Shown here: positions 26,759 to 36,112 of the stretch, piece after piece
Position numbering within the stretch: position 1 is the first letter of the stretch
Layout of the letters: each line of letters begins with the position of its first letter
IMG/VR virus record: IMGVR_UViG_3300021959_006017
Span: 124,001 to 188,000 of that record
Direction: 5' to 3' (one strand)
DNA length: 64,000 nucleotides
Notes under the pieces: model-generated
What the model was told of the DNA's origin: nothing
Database searches by the model: none
Seen by the model: the letters and a program-made list of their open reading frames with translations, nothing else
Program-made: the position numbers and the translations under genes

Positions 26759-28066
26759 ATGAGAACACAACCGGACGCAATCATTAGACAGTTAGAGATT
26801 CATCCTAGTCGTCTAAACAAAGAAGCAATCATCCAATCAGCATATGACGAAGGCTTGCCAGAGTTTTTTGAAGGTGTTGCTATGGCACTGGACGCACTTG
26901 TTACGTTTGGTGTTAAGCAAGTACCAGAGCGTTCAGATGTATTGAGTGGACAAGGGCTTGATTGGAAAGTGTTTGTTGAGCTTGCCGAAAAACTACAAAA
27001 CCGTGAACTAACAGGACATGCGGCACGTGATGCTATTGAACTAGCAATGAGTGTTGCTACTACTTGGCAGTGGAACGATTGGTATCGCCGTATCCTTATT
27101 AAAGATTTACGTTGCGGTGTAAGTGAAAAAACTGTAAACAAAGTAGTACCGGGTACTGTTCCTGTGTTCACTTGTAGTCTTGCACATGACAGTGCCAAGC
27201 ACGAAAAGAAGATGACTGGCAAGAAGCAGATTGAAATCAAACTTGATGGTGTTCGTGTTATCACAATCATCCAAGGTAACAAAGTAGAGATGTTTAGCCG
27301 CAACGGGAAACAGTTTCACAACTTTGGACACATCATTGAAGAACTAGAAGCAGTAATCAAAGATTACCCTGTACCATATCCGCTAGTACTAGACGGCGAA
27401 GTGATGAGTTCAGACTTCCAAGACCTTATGAAGCAGGTACATCGCAAAGATGGAAAGCAAAGCACTGACGCTGTACTACATTTGTTTGACACAATTCCAC
27501 TAGATTGTTTCAAAGCAGGTTCGTGGGATAAGCCACAGAGCTTCCGTAGTGCTATTACCAAGCATTGGGTAGAGGAGCATAAGAGCGTTTTAAAGCATGT
27601 ACAAGCGTTGGATTGGGAAACAGTAGACTTAGACACTGCTGAAGGACAAAAACGCTTTGTAGAGCTTAATAAAGCGGCTGTAGACGGTGGTTACGAAGGA
27701 GTTATGATTAAGGACGTTGATGCTCCTTATGAATGCAAACGAACTCATGCATGGCTTAAAGCAAAGCCGTTCATTGAGGTAACATTAGAGGTTAAAGATG
27801 TTGAAGAAGGAACAGGAAGAAACGAAGGACGCCTTGGCGCATTGGTATGCGTTGGAAACGACGATGGAAGAATGGTCCAAGTCAATTGCGGGAGCGGGTT
27901 TAGTGACAGCGATCGCGATAGTTTTTGGAATAGTCGTAGCGATCTTATTGGGCAACTTGTAGAGGTTAGAGCAGATGCTATTACACAAAATCAAGACGGT
28001 ACTTATTCGCTTCGTTTCCCAAGGTTCAAAACCTTCCGCGGATTCGAAGTTGGCGAAAAACTCTAA
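26759..28066 (+). CDS. ATP-dependent DNA ligase
   Basis: E.KLDGVR, LDGE, EGVMIK, Y.CKR...WLK.K and SLRFPRF motifs. Confidence 0.95.
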   Translation: MRTQPDAIIRQLEIHPSRLNKEAIIQSAYDEGLPEFFEGVAMALDALVTFGVKQVPERSDVLSGQGLDWKVFVELAEKLQNRELTGHAARDAIELAMSVATTWQWNDWYRRILIKDLRCGVSEKTVNKVVPGTVPVFTCSLAHDSAKHEKKMTGKKQIEIKLDGVRVITIIQGNKVEMFSRNGKQFHNFGHIIEELEAVIKDYPVPYPLVLDGEVMSSDFQDLMKQVHRKDGKQSTDAVLHLFDTIPLDCFKAGSWDKPQSFRSAITKHWVEEHKSVLKHVQALDWETVDLDTAEGQKRFVELNKAAVDGGYEGVMIKDVDAPYECKRTHAWLKAKPFIEVTLEVKDVEEGTGRNEGRLGALVCVGNDDGRMVQVNCGSGFSDSDRDSFWNSRSDLIGQLVEVRADAITQNQDGTYSLRFPRFKTFRGFEVGEKL

Positions 28067-28089
28067 CATAGTACGTTGGGACTTAGAAC

Positions 28090-28329
28090 GTGAAGGCTAA
28101 GTATATTCTTCATGAGTTTACAATGGGCGATGTAGAAGATCCTGAGATCTATCTAGCAGAACCTGTGTACCAATGGCAGCAAACTAAAGAAGGTAAGTGG
28201 TGTATGGAAAATGCAGAAGATCCTACTTACCACATCAACCCAGATTATGCAGGAATGGGATACCGTATAACTATTACTGGGTTACTATCAGATAAGCATG
28301 CTACGTTTTGGGCACTCAAAAAGGCTTGA
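28090..28329 (+). CDS. Hypothetical protein
   Basis: F.MGDVEDPEIY.A.P..WQ.T..G.W.M. Confidence 0.55.
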   Translation: MKAKYILHEFTMGDVEDPEIYLAEPVYQWQQTKEGKWCMENAEDPTYHINPDYAGMGYRITITGLLSDKHATFWALKKA

Positions 28330-28354
28330 CTTTATTCATTAACGACTATATACT
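28326..28354 (+). promoter_or_regulatory. Sigma70-like early promoter
   Basis: TTGACT-N17-TATACT, then hairpin CTAACAA/TTGTTAG touching the AGGAG RBS. Confidence 0.6.
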
Positions 28355-28380
28355 AACAAAACATTGTTAGGAGAACATAC

Positions 28381-29673
28381 ATGGCACTTCCAAGAGCAAA
28401 GAAAAAAGCACCAAGAGCAGCCCCTCGTGTAAAGCGTGGCGGCAAACTAACGTCACCCGGTTGGGAAGGCTGGGAACAATGGGAAGGTGATCAAATACAT
28501 CGCCATAGAGAAACCTGCCGTCAGTTCTACTACGATAACTTTAAACCTGCTGACTTACATGCTTTCACCTTTAAGTGGATGGCACAGTCGGGCGAATACA
28601 CAAAAGAACAGATTAAACATGCAAAAGCCGCTCCTAGTTATATTCTAAGTATTACTGCTGGTATTAGTTCTGCACAACTGCTTGATGGTGCTCCTGACTA
28701 TGTAGAAAAAGAAAATGCTTATTGGGAAAGTCTTCCAGGCACAATGGGAAGTAAACGCCCTGTCAGTGATTTTATCAAAGACCGACTTGAAAAGGCTATT
28801 GAAGCGGGATCAAAAGTTGTTGAAGTTAAGAAAGAAGAAGAAAAAGAAAAAGCAAATGTATATGTTCCTAGCATCCAAGAACGACTACGAGAACAAGCTC
28901 TAATACAAAGCGAAGCAATTGATGATTGGCTAGAAGGATATATTGCAGATCCTGACACGTTTGATCCTAAAGGATTTGACTTTAAAAAACATTTCAGCGA
29001 CAAAGGTGTAACACAAGCACACGCTCGCAAACTAAAAGGTTTTTATGAAAACTTACTCGACGACTATGACGAACTCGAACGTATGCCGACTGCTGGTCAG
29101 CTCAAAAAAATGGACGAAACTACAGCAGACCTATGGATGCAACTCAAAGAAGGCTATGTTCACGTTAAGAAAGCCGACATCAAAAAGTATCGCTCGGCTA
29201 TTTCAGAACTACGAACAGCACTAGACTTTGTTATCGAAAGTGCTAAAGCAACACGTAAACCACGTAAAGCAAAACCTAAGAGTGCTACTAAACTTGTTGA
29301 GAAGTTGAAGTTCCTAAAAGTTGATGAAAAATACAAACTTGCAAGTGTTGATCCCGCTCAGATTTTAGGCGCAAATGAACTTTGGGTATTCAATGTTAAA
29401 ACACGCAAACTAGGCAAGTATGTTGCTAGTAACATTGATCCTAAGGGTATGAACAGAGATGGTAGTGGTTTACAAGTAAAAGGTACAACTATTATAGGTT
29501 ATGATGAAGCACAAAGTATACAAAAGACATTGCGTAAGCCAGATGTACAGCTCAAAGAGTTTAAAGATGCAGGCAAGGTTAAACTACGCAAGTTCTTAGA
29601 AGAAATCCCAACAACTGATACAAAATTAAACGGAAGATGCAACCCTGATACTGTGTTACTGAAGATATCTTAA
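28381..29673 (+). CDS. Hypothetical 430-aa basic protein (T4-like phage type)
   Basis: AGGAG RBS; C-terminal LWVFN.KTRKLGKY, VKGTT..G.D...S.QKTLRKP. Confidence 0.6.
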   Translation: MALPRAKKKAPRAAPRVKRGGKLTSPGWEGWEQWEGDQIHRHRETCRQFYYDNFKPADLHAFTFKWMAQSGEYTKEQIKHAKAAPSYILSITAGISSAQLLDGAPDYVEKENAYWESLPGTMGSKRPVSDFIKDRLEKAIEAGSKVVEVKKEEEKEKANVYVPSIQERLREQALIQSEAIDDWLEGYIADPDTFDPKGFDFKKHFSDKGVTQAHARKLKGFYENLLDDYDELERMPTAGQLKKMDETTADLWMQLKEGYVHVKKADIKKYRSAISELRTALDFVIESAKATRKPRKAKPKSATKLVEKLKFLKVDEKYKLASVDPAQILGANELWVFNVKTRKLGKYVASNIDPKGMNRDGSGLQVKGTTIIGYDEAQSIQKTLRKPDVQLKEFKDAGKVKLRKFLEEIPTTDTKLNGRCNPDTVLLKIS

Positions 29674-29683
29674 TAAATACAGT

Positions 29684-30565
29684 ATGACACAAATTAATAC
29701 ATCTGACCTTGACCGTGCAATCCAAGATTTGGGCAAATCCATTGGCGATATAGTTAATCGCGCCCTTACTGTAGACGACATGCGTATGCAGTCTTTAACT
29801 TCTGTAGAGTTTAATGCAGAAGGTGAAAACAGTATATATGGCAAAGGACTACAATGGAGAGGCGCAGGTCCTACAAAGCAACTTGTTTATAGAGCAAATC
29901 CAGATCGAATTTGGTCTAGCGAAAGCATAGACATAAACGCAGGTGCTAGTTATATGATTGCTAATACTCCAGTTATTAGTCAGTCAGAACTAGGCAGTAG
30001 TATTAGAAGTTCAAGTCTTGTTAAAGTTGGAACACTTGATAACTTAAAAACAAGCGGCAACTTATCTATAGACGGATATATTCATTATAATAGCAATAGT
30101 GAAGCACTAGGTATTGGAACAGATGCACCAAATGGTAAACTTAGTATTGCAACACTAGACAGTGAGTTTATTGTTGATACAGAATCGAGAGCAGTTAAAC
30201 TTGGAACTTGGACAACCGACGATCTAAAAATTGTAACAGACGATACAACTAGACTTACTATTCGTGCAAACGGAAATATTGATTTAGGTGATTCTGAAGG
30301 AACAGATTCTAAAGTAAGTGTACACGGACGTTTGGGCGTTGGCGTAAACAATATAGAAGAAGGTGTAAGTATAAGCACTAGTGGACCAGTTAAGTTTGAA
30401 AACAAAAAGTTTATGAACGGAACAGGAATACCAGACTCTGGATCTTTTAGACAAGGTGATATTGTCTGGAACGAGAATCCTATTCCAACTGGGTATGTAG
30501 GATGGATTTGTGTTAGAACAGGAACTCCTGGAGAGTGGAAGCCATTTGGACAAATAGGAAAGTAA
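29684..30565 (+). CDS. Tail-fibre-like virion protein, paralogue 1
   Basis: SSL.KVGTL.NL repeats, LGIGT.AP, C-terminal GDIVWN..P...GYVGW.C...GTPGEWKPFG; TAAATA at 29674. Confidence 0.6.
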   Translation: MTQINTSDLDRAIQDLGKSIGDIVNRALTVDDMRMQSLTSVEFNAEGENSIYGKGLQWRGAGPTKQLVYRANPDRIWSSESIDINAGASYMIANTPVISQSELGSSIRSSSLVKVGTLDNLKTSGNLSIDGYIHYNSNSEALGIGTDAPNGKLSIATLDSEFIVDTESRAVKLGTWTTDDLKIVTDDTTRLTIRANGNIDLGDSEGTDSKVSVHGRLGVGVNNIEEGVSISTSGPVKFENKKFMNGTGIPDSGSFRQGDIVWNENPIPTGYVGWICVRTGTPGEWKPFGQIGK

Positions 30566-30566
30566 T

Positions 30567-31694
30567 ATGGAACACGTAAACGATACACTTGCAAAACTTA
30601 AAGAGTCGTTAGACGGTGTTCATAGTGCAGTAGAAAAGATTGCACTAAAACCTGCTGAGAAGCCAGAGTTTAAAAATAATGAAATAAGCGGCGATAAGAT
30701 ACACGGCGGACGCATCACACAGTTTAGTAGTGTAGGTATTAAAGATGAAGCTACAAAACAAGTAGTAGCAATAAAAGACGACGGCTTAATCACAGACCAT
30801 ATCTACCTTAGAACACTAAGAAACAAAGATGGTGTACAAGTACTGGGCGGTCTTAAAGTACAAGGTGATATCACAGCAAAAAGTTTACACGTTGATGAAC
30901 TAACTGCTGATATACGCAACGAACGTTCTAGCCCACTAGAGTTTACAGCAGATGATTCAGGCCTGTATGGCAAAGGTCTTGTATGGAAGGGCGATGGTCC
31001 GTCTAAATCTTTTGTATATCGTGCTAATCCGGATCGTATTTGGTCAAGTGAAAGCATTGACTTAAACAGAGGCAATGCGTATAAGATTGATAACATTGAT
31101 GTGCTAACTGTTGATACACTAGGCACAAGCATACGTAAAAGTAGCCTAACACAAGTAGGAACACTCAACAATCTACGCACAACAGGCAACCTTAGCATTG
31201 ATGAGTTTATTATCTATGACGCAGACAGTCAGCGCATAGGTTTTGGTACTGATGCTCCGAATGGAAATATCAGTGTAACAAGTTACGAAACAGAGTTTGT
31301 TATTGATGTTGAATCAGAAGCAACTAAGATTGGTAACTGGACAACAGATGATCTACAGATTGTTACAGACAACACAACTAGACTTACAGTTAAAGCAAAC
31401 GGTAAGATAGACTTCGGACGCAGTGGACGTAACGATGCACGAGTAAGTGTGTTTGGTAAACTGGGCGTAGGTGTAAACAACGTAGGAGAAGGCGTTACAT
31501 TCTCAAGTGCAGGCACCATTGAAATAGCCGGCACAAAAATCATGACAGGAACAGAAGTTCCGACAAACAGTACATTTAGACAAGGTGATGTTATGTACAA
31601 TACAAACGCAGTAGCAACAGGTTATGTTGGTTGGGTTTGTGTGCGTGACGGAACACCAGGTGAATGGAAGCCTTTCGGCGCAATATCTGCTTAA
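30567..31694 (+). CDS. Tail-fibre-like virion protein, paralogue 2
   Basis: Shares VYRANPDRIWSSESID, GNWTTDDL.IVTD.TTRLT and GTPGEWKPFG with the 29684 ORF. Confidence 0.6.
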   Translation: MEHVNDTLAKLKESLDGVHSAVEKIALKPAEKPEFKNNEISGDKIHGGRITQFSSVGIKDEATKQVVAIKDDGLITDHIYLRTLRNKDGVQVLGGLKVQGDITAKSLHVDELTADIRNERSSPLEFTADDSGLYGKGLVWKGDGPSKSFVYRANPDRIWSSESIDLNRGNAYKIDNIDVLTVDTLGTSIRKSSLTQVGTLNNLRTTGNLSIDEFIIYDADSQRIGFGTDAPNGNISVTSYETEFVIDVESEATKIGNWTTDDLQIVTDNTTRLTVKANGKIDFGRSGRNDARVSVFGKLGVGVNNVGEGVTFSSAGTIEIAGTKIMTGTEVPTNSTFRQGDVMYNTNAVATGYVGWVCVRDGTPGEWKPFGAISA

Positions 31695-31756
31695 AGCTCT
31701 AGTATAATAATATTACAACTGCCTATAAATATTTTGTACAGGCAGGAGAAAGGCAT

Positions 31757-32038
31757 ATGAACAAAACAAAAAAAGAAGTAAACCGTTGGCGACAAGCAGC
31801 CACCGTATTGGCTTTTACAGCACTAGGCTTAATAGCATTTTCATATTGGATAGGCACAGACACTTGGATAAAGTGTGTTATGGTATTAGTTACATCTGTA
31901 TTTTTTGCGACAGGCATAATATGGTGGTATTGGGTACTTAATCAAATATCACAGTTCGCAAAATATATCGCAAGTCTTAAAGACGTTATCCGCGAACTCA
32001 AAGAAGATCTCAAAAATATTAGAAAAGGTTTAGACTGA
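31757..32038 (+). CDS. 2-TM membrane protein with C-terminal coiled coil
   Basis: TATAAATA at 31724-31731, AGGAG RBS, two hydrophobic helices. Confidence 0.6.
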   Translation: MNKTKKEVNRWRQAATVLAFTALGLIAFSYWIGTDTWIKCVMVLVTSVFFATGIIWWYWVLNQISQFAKYIASLKDVIRELKEDLKNIRKGLD

Positions 32039-34057
32039 AGTTAAGTCAACTGGCACAGCATAGAACGTGCAACCTGTTATTGAGAAGGTTGCATTGCCGT
32101 CGGTGTTTTCTGCATTACTAAAACTAAAACTTTTAGTAGATCCTGAAGTAGTAATCAACCAAGAGTGTTCACCTCTAGATGTTCCACTAACAGAAATACC
32201 ACCAGTGCTATTAAAAGCAAACAAACTATCTTTTGATGCAGTACCGTCTACACTCCAAGTAGAGCTAAAGGTGCCGCCACTTGAGTTATGTGAGTAGTTA
32301 AAACTAGATGTTTCATGGAATATTTGCATATGTGTTCCTGGAGTATCTAGTGTAACACTAAAACTACCCGAAGTTCTAGTTATAAGAGAACCTTCTGGTA
32401 CAGCACTAATACCAGTAAGTGCTGATCCGTCAATAGCAGGAAGTGCTCCTGATAAGTTAGCCGCAGGTATTACACTGTTTACGCCATCAACAAGAAGTGT
32501 ACTATCATCGCCGTACACGCTACCTTCTACATCACCATCAAGATTAGCATCTATAACACCTAACTCTTTTATAACCATAGTTCCCGACTCGTTAGGTATT
32601 TCGATTGTAGCATCTTGTATTGGTTCAATAGCGAACAGTGTCGTTTCAAAACTGTCATTATTAGTACCTTCAAATCTAATAACATCAGAGAATGTTGTAG
32701 GCACACTCACGGTTGCAAAAGTATTGTATACACTTAGTTGTGGTGAGCCTGATCCTACCATAACTTGCAAGTTAGGCGATCCAGTGTCCGAGTTAACAGC
32801 CAGTTCGTATCCTGATGTTAGATATTTTTTAACTTCAAATCTTGGTGTGTTACCAGTATCTTGTATTAAAAAAGGATCTGCACTAGTTAGTGTTAAAGAT
32901 GTTGTGTCAACATCGCCAACAATTTTTCCAGTTACACTGTCGACTAATAGTCCGCTGTCATCTGCAAACACACTACCATTAATGTCACCATCTACATTAC
33001 CAGTAACGTTGCCTGTTAGTGCAGCATTAAATGTTCCGTTAATTGTAGTTGTGTTGCCAACTTTACCAATAGTAACATTGCCAGTAGTTGCACCTGTGCC
33101 AATTTCTACTGTGCCAGTTGCAGCGCCATTAATGCCAACGCCAGCAGTTGAAGTAATATTAATACCACTATCACTTACTGTTACATCACCTGATGATGCG
33201 TCACCTAATGATACTGTGCCGCTTGTGCCTCTGTAGATATTTAAGTTAGCACTGTCTCTACCTTGTACTGTAGTAGTAACCACTTCTATGTTGTCAACAT
33301 CGCCGACAACTTTGCCATTTACACTGTCTACTAATACTGTACTATCGTCTGCAAATACTGACCCTATTATATCAACTGTTGCTGTGCCCGATGGTCTCCA
33401 AATACCTGATTGATAAGTTAAAACTCGGCCTTCGGCAGCACCGTCTGTTTCTACATCTAGTAGTTCTGCAAGTTGTGTTCTTGGAAAATATTCACCTGTA
33501 GCAACACCGCCACTTGAGTATGAGCTAAATCCTGTTCCGTCTACACTTGCTGTAAGTTCGTCATCGCTATAAAGTGCAAAAGTAGTACTAGTAAGAATAT
33601 CTGCATAGTATTCGTTACCATTAAGTTGTGTCATTCCTACAACATCTGTAATAGTTACAGGTGTACCTTCAGAGAATGAATGTGCTGCACTAGTTGTGAT
33701 TACAACTGGATTTGTTTGTGTAGCATTTAATATTGCTTTGCTAGAACCACCAACGGTAGCCGTAATAATTAGTTCTGAATCACTGTTTCTTACAACACTA
33801 ATGTTTGAACCAGCTCGTATTTCAATGCCAGTATAGTTTGAGTTTACATCATTTAAACGTAACTCGGTTGTTCCAACTGGAACAGATAGTTGATAATCAA
33901 CATCTATTTCAAAACTATCTCCTCCTTCACTAGGATTAAACGCTACACCGTCACTTCTAGTAATAGTTAGTGTATCGCCTATATCGTCAGCAGTAAGTGT
34001 TACTCCGTCTGGTTGGAGAAGTATTTTTCGAAATGTATCTACGTATGCTACGCCCAT
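32030..34057 (-). CDS. Tail-fibre-like structural protein with FCCH-like beta domain and GSVFADDS repeats
   Basis: ATQTNPVVITT..AH....G..V.I..V.GM..LNG; three GSV(F/Y).DDS..LVD units; minus-strand TAAATA at 34089-34094. Confidence 0.6.
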   Translation of the reverse strand: MGVAYVDTFRKILLQPDGVTLTADDIGDTLTITRSDGVAFNPSEGGDSFEIDVDYQLSVPVGTTELRLNDVNSNYTGIEIRAGSNISVVRNSDSELIITATVGGSSKAILNATQTNPVVITTSAAHSFSEGTPVTITDVVGMTQLNGNEYYADILTSTTFALYSDDELTASVDGTGFSSYSSGGVATGEYFPRTQLAELLDVETDGAAEGRVLTYQSGIWRPSGTATVDIIGSVFADDSTVLVDSVNGKVVGDVDNIEVVTTTVQGRDSANLNIYRGTSGTVSLGDASSGDVTVSDSGINITSTAGVGINGAATGTVEIGTGATTGNVTIGKVGNTTTINGTFNAALTGNVTGNVDGDINGSVFADDSGLLVDSVTGKIVGDVDTTSLTLTSADPFLIQDTGNTPRFEVKKYLTSGYELAVNSDTGSPNLQVMVGSGSPQLSVYNTFATVSVPTTFSDVIRFEGTNNDSFETTLFAIEPIQDATIEIPNESGTMVIKELGVIDANLDGDVEGSVYGDDSTLLVDGVNSVIPAANLSGALPAIDGSALTGISAVPEGSLITRTSGSFSVTLDTPGTHMQIFHETSSFNYSHNSSGGTFSSTWSVDGTASKDSLFAFNSTGGISVSGTSRGEHSWLITTSGSTKSFSFSNAENTDGNATFSITGCTFYAVPVDLTSV

Positions 34058-34107
34058 CAAGTTTTCCAATAAAAATGTTTTCTTAACGTATTTATTTAAA
34101 TATAGCT

Positions 34108-34698
34108 ATGTTAGTTATCGGCAATGGCGAAAGCCGCAGTAAAGTAGACCTGGAAAAAATTCAAGATAAAAAGATCGGATGTAATGCTATCCTTAGAGAT
34201 ACTAAGGTAGATCATTTAGTATGTGTAGATAAACGTATGCTAAAAGAAGCACTTAACAGCTCTTACCATAAAAATACAAAAGTATATACACGCAAAGATT
34301 GGTGGGTACAACATAGACTTGAAAAGAACATAAAACCAGTTCCAGAACTGCCTTATGTGAGTAATGACCGTTGGGATTTGCCTTGGCATTGGGGAGCAGG
34401 ACCATACGCTGTATTATTGGCATGTAACCTAGCAGAAGACATAAAACTTGTAGGTTTCGATTTGTACAGTAAAGACGGTAAACTAAACAACATGTATAAA
34501 GATACAGAAAACTATGGTATGTCACATAAACGTGCAATAGATCCCAGGTATTGGATACATCAAATAGGAGTACTAGTTGACCTTTATAGCGATAAAAACT
34601 TTACTGTATATGCTGAAGAAGATTGGAAGTTGCCTACATTCTGGAATAAACCTAATCTAAAGGTTGACAAGATAAGTAACATATACTATAATACATAG
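34108..34698 (+). CDS. Glycosyltransferase/MAF-like Rossmann protein
   Basis: VIGNGESR, GCNA..RD, L.CVD, I.LVGFDL. Confidence 0.55.
   Translation: MLVIGNGESRSKVDLEKIQDKKIGCNAILRDTKVDHLVCVDKRMLKEALNSSYHKNTKVYTRKDWWVQHRLEKNIKPVPELPYVSNDRWDLPWHWGAGPYAVLLACNLAEDIKLVGFDLYSKDGKLNNMYKDTENYGMSHKRAIDPRYWIHQIGVLVDLYSDKNFTVYAEEDWKLPTFWNKPNLKVDKISNIYYNT
34664..34692 (+). promoter_or_regulatory. Sigma70-like promoter of queD
   Basis: TTGACA (34664)-N17-TATAAT (34687), perfect consensus. Confidence 0.8.
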
Positions 34699-34707
34699 TA
34701 TGAATAC

Positions 34708-34750
34708 AGTGGTCTTATATGCTCATCCCACTTTAAATACTCTGCGCATC
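34708..34750 (+). promoter_or_regulatory. Candidate preQ1-I-like pseudoknot in the queD leader
   Basis: AGTGG/CCACT stem, loop ending CTCATC, TTAAATA tail; loop ATGC can pair with downstream GCAT. Confidence 0.4.
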
Positions 34751-34775
34751 AAACTTACTCACGAGGAGGCAAGAG

Positions 34776-35225
34776 ATGGGTAAACATTACAGTACTAAAC
34801 ACTACGGACACAACATTGGCTTATCAGCAGTGTTCCGTCAACCTAACGCAGATCATTCACACTGTCATCTGCTACACGGATACAGTCTAGCATTTACATT
34901 TACATTTGGATGCGATCATCTAGACAATAAAAACTGGGCAGTAGACTTTGGTGGACTAAAACCTTTGAAGGCATGGCTTGAAGATAGTTTTGATCACAAG
35001 GTAGCAGTTGATATTGCGGATCCTCACAAGCAAGATCTTTATGAATTGCAAGATAAAGGACTTTGTGAAATTAGGGAGTTTGATGGTGTTGGTGCAGAAA
35101 AGTTTGCAGAACACGCATTTAACTATGCAAATGGTCTAATTCGACAGACAACAAACAATCGTTGCTACTGTGTACGAGTAGAGTGTGCAGAGCACGGAGC
35201 AAACTCAGCTATCTACGAGGCATGA
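34776..35225 (+). CDS. queD: 6-carboxy-tetrahydropterin synthase / PTPS family
   Basis: HC.LLHGYS, WAVDFGGLK, FDHK, G.E.FA, E...NSA.Y. Confidence 0.85.
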   Translation: MGKHYSTKHYGHNIGLSAVFRQPNADHSHCHLLHGYSLAFTFTFGCDHLDNKNWAVDFGGLKPLKAWLEDSFDHKVAVDIADPHKQDLYELQDKGLCEIREFDGVGAEKFAEHAFNYANGLIRQTTNNRCYCVRVECAEHGANSAIYEA

Positions 35226-35226
35226 C

Positions 35227-36078
35227 TTGGTTAAAAAGTATTATTCCGGAGAAACTAAAGAGCATCGTAAAGCACGAAAAGCTCTAGAAAAAGCGCAGAA
35301 AAGTGCGGAAACTCACGAAAATTTGCCGCAAGAAAGTGTGGCTCCGGTCATGAAACCTCATGGACATAAAGACAAATATATTGTTTGTTTAAAATGGGGT
35401 AACAAATATGATGCATCTTATGTAAACAATCTCTACAATATGGTCAAGCGTAACTGTACGCTTGACTACGAGTTTGTTTGCTTTACTGATAATACCTCAG
35501 GCATTAATGAAGAAATAAGAACAGAACCTATCCCCCAAATACCTGGTATGAAAGGAGCAATAGGTTGGTGGTATAAACCTATGTTCTTTAACAGTAAGTT
35601 TCCATTACGGGGAACTTTGCTATATTTTGACTTAGATGTTATTATCTTTAGAAACATAAACAACCTGTTTACATATAAGCCGGGTGAGTTTATTATATGT
35701 AGAGATTTTAATAGATTTGTTATTAAAAACTACCAAAAGTTTAACTCAAGTGTATTTCGTATCGATAGCGGGCAACACAGAAATGTCTATGACGATTTTG
35801 TAAGAAACCCAAGCGATCCTATTAGACGCTGGCATGGAGATCAAGACTGGATACGGGCACAGATTAAAAAAGATTTTAATTTTTGGCCAGAAGAATGGAT
35901 ACAAAGTTATAAATGGGAAATGCGTGGAAAACCTAGAATGGTTGGTGCAAAAGGTAAAAGAGATTTTGAAAAACCAGGTGATCCTAAAATATTAGATGAT
36001 ACAAATGTAGCAGTATTCCATGGAGATCCTAATCCGCATTATTGTAAAGATTTATGGGTAAGGGAAAACTGGAAATGA
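35227..36078 (+). CDS. GT-A glycosyltransferase-like protein (start uncertain)
   Basis: CLKWG.KY...YVN.L, F.CFTD, WW.K..F, YFDLDV, NSSV, GDQDW, VFHG.P.P. Confidence 0.75.
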   Translation: MVKKYYSGETKEHRKARKALEKAQKSAETHENLPQESVAPVMKPHGHKDKYIVCLKWGNKYDASYVNNLYNMVKRNCTLDYEFVCFTDNTSGINEEIRTEPIPQIPGMKGAIGWWYKPMFFNSKFPLRGTLLYFDLDVIIFRNINNLFTYKPGEFIICRDFNRFVIKNYQKFNSSVFRIDSGQHRNVYDDFVRNPSDPIRRWHGDQDWIRAQIKKDFNFWPEEWIQSYKWEMRGKPRMVGAKGKRDFEKPGDPKILDDTNVAVFHGDPNPHYCKDLWVRENWK

Positions 36079-36107
36079 TTGACACAATACAACAAAGGCA
36101 GTATAAT
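36079..36107 (+). promoter_or_regulatory. Sigma70-like promoter giving a probably leaderless uvsE mRNA
   Basis: TTGACA-N17-TATAAT with the ATG 5 nt after the -10 box. Confidence 0.7.
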
Positions 36108-36112
36108 AAACT

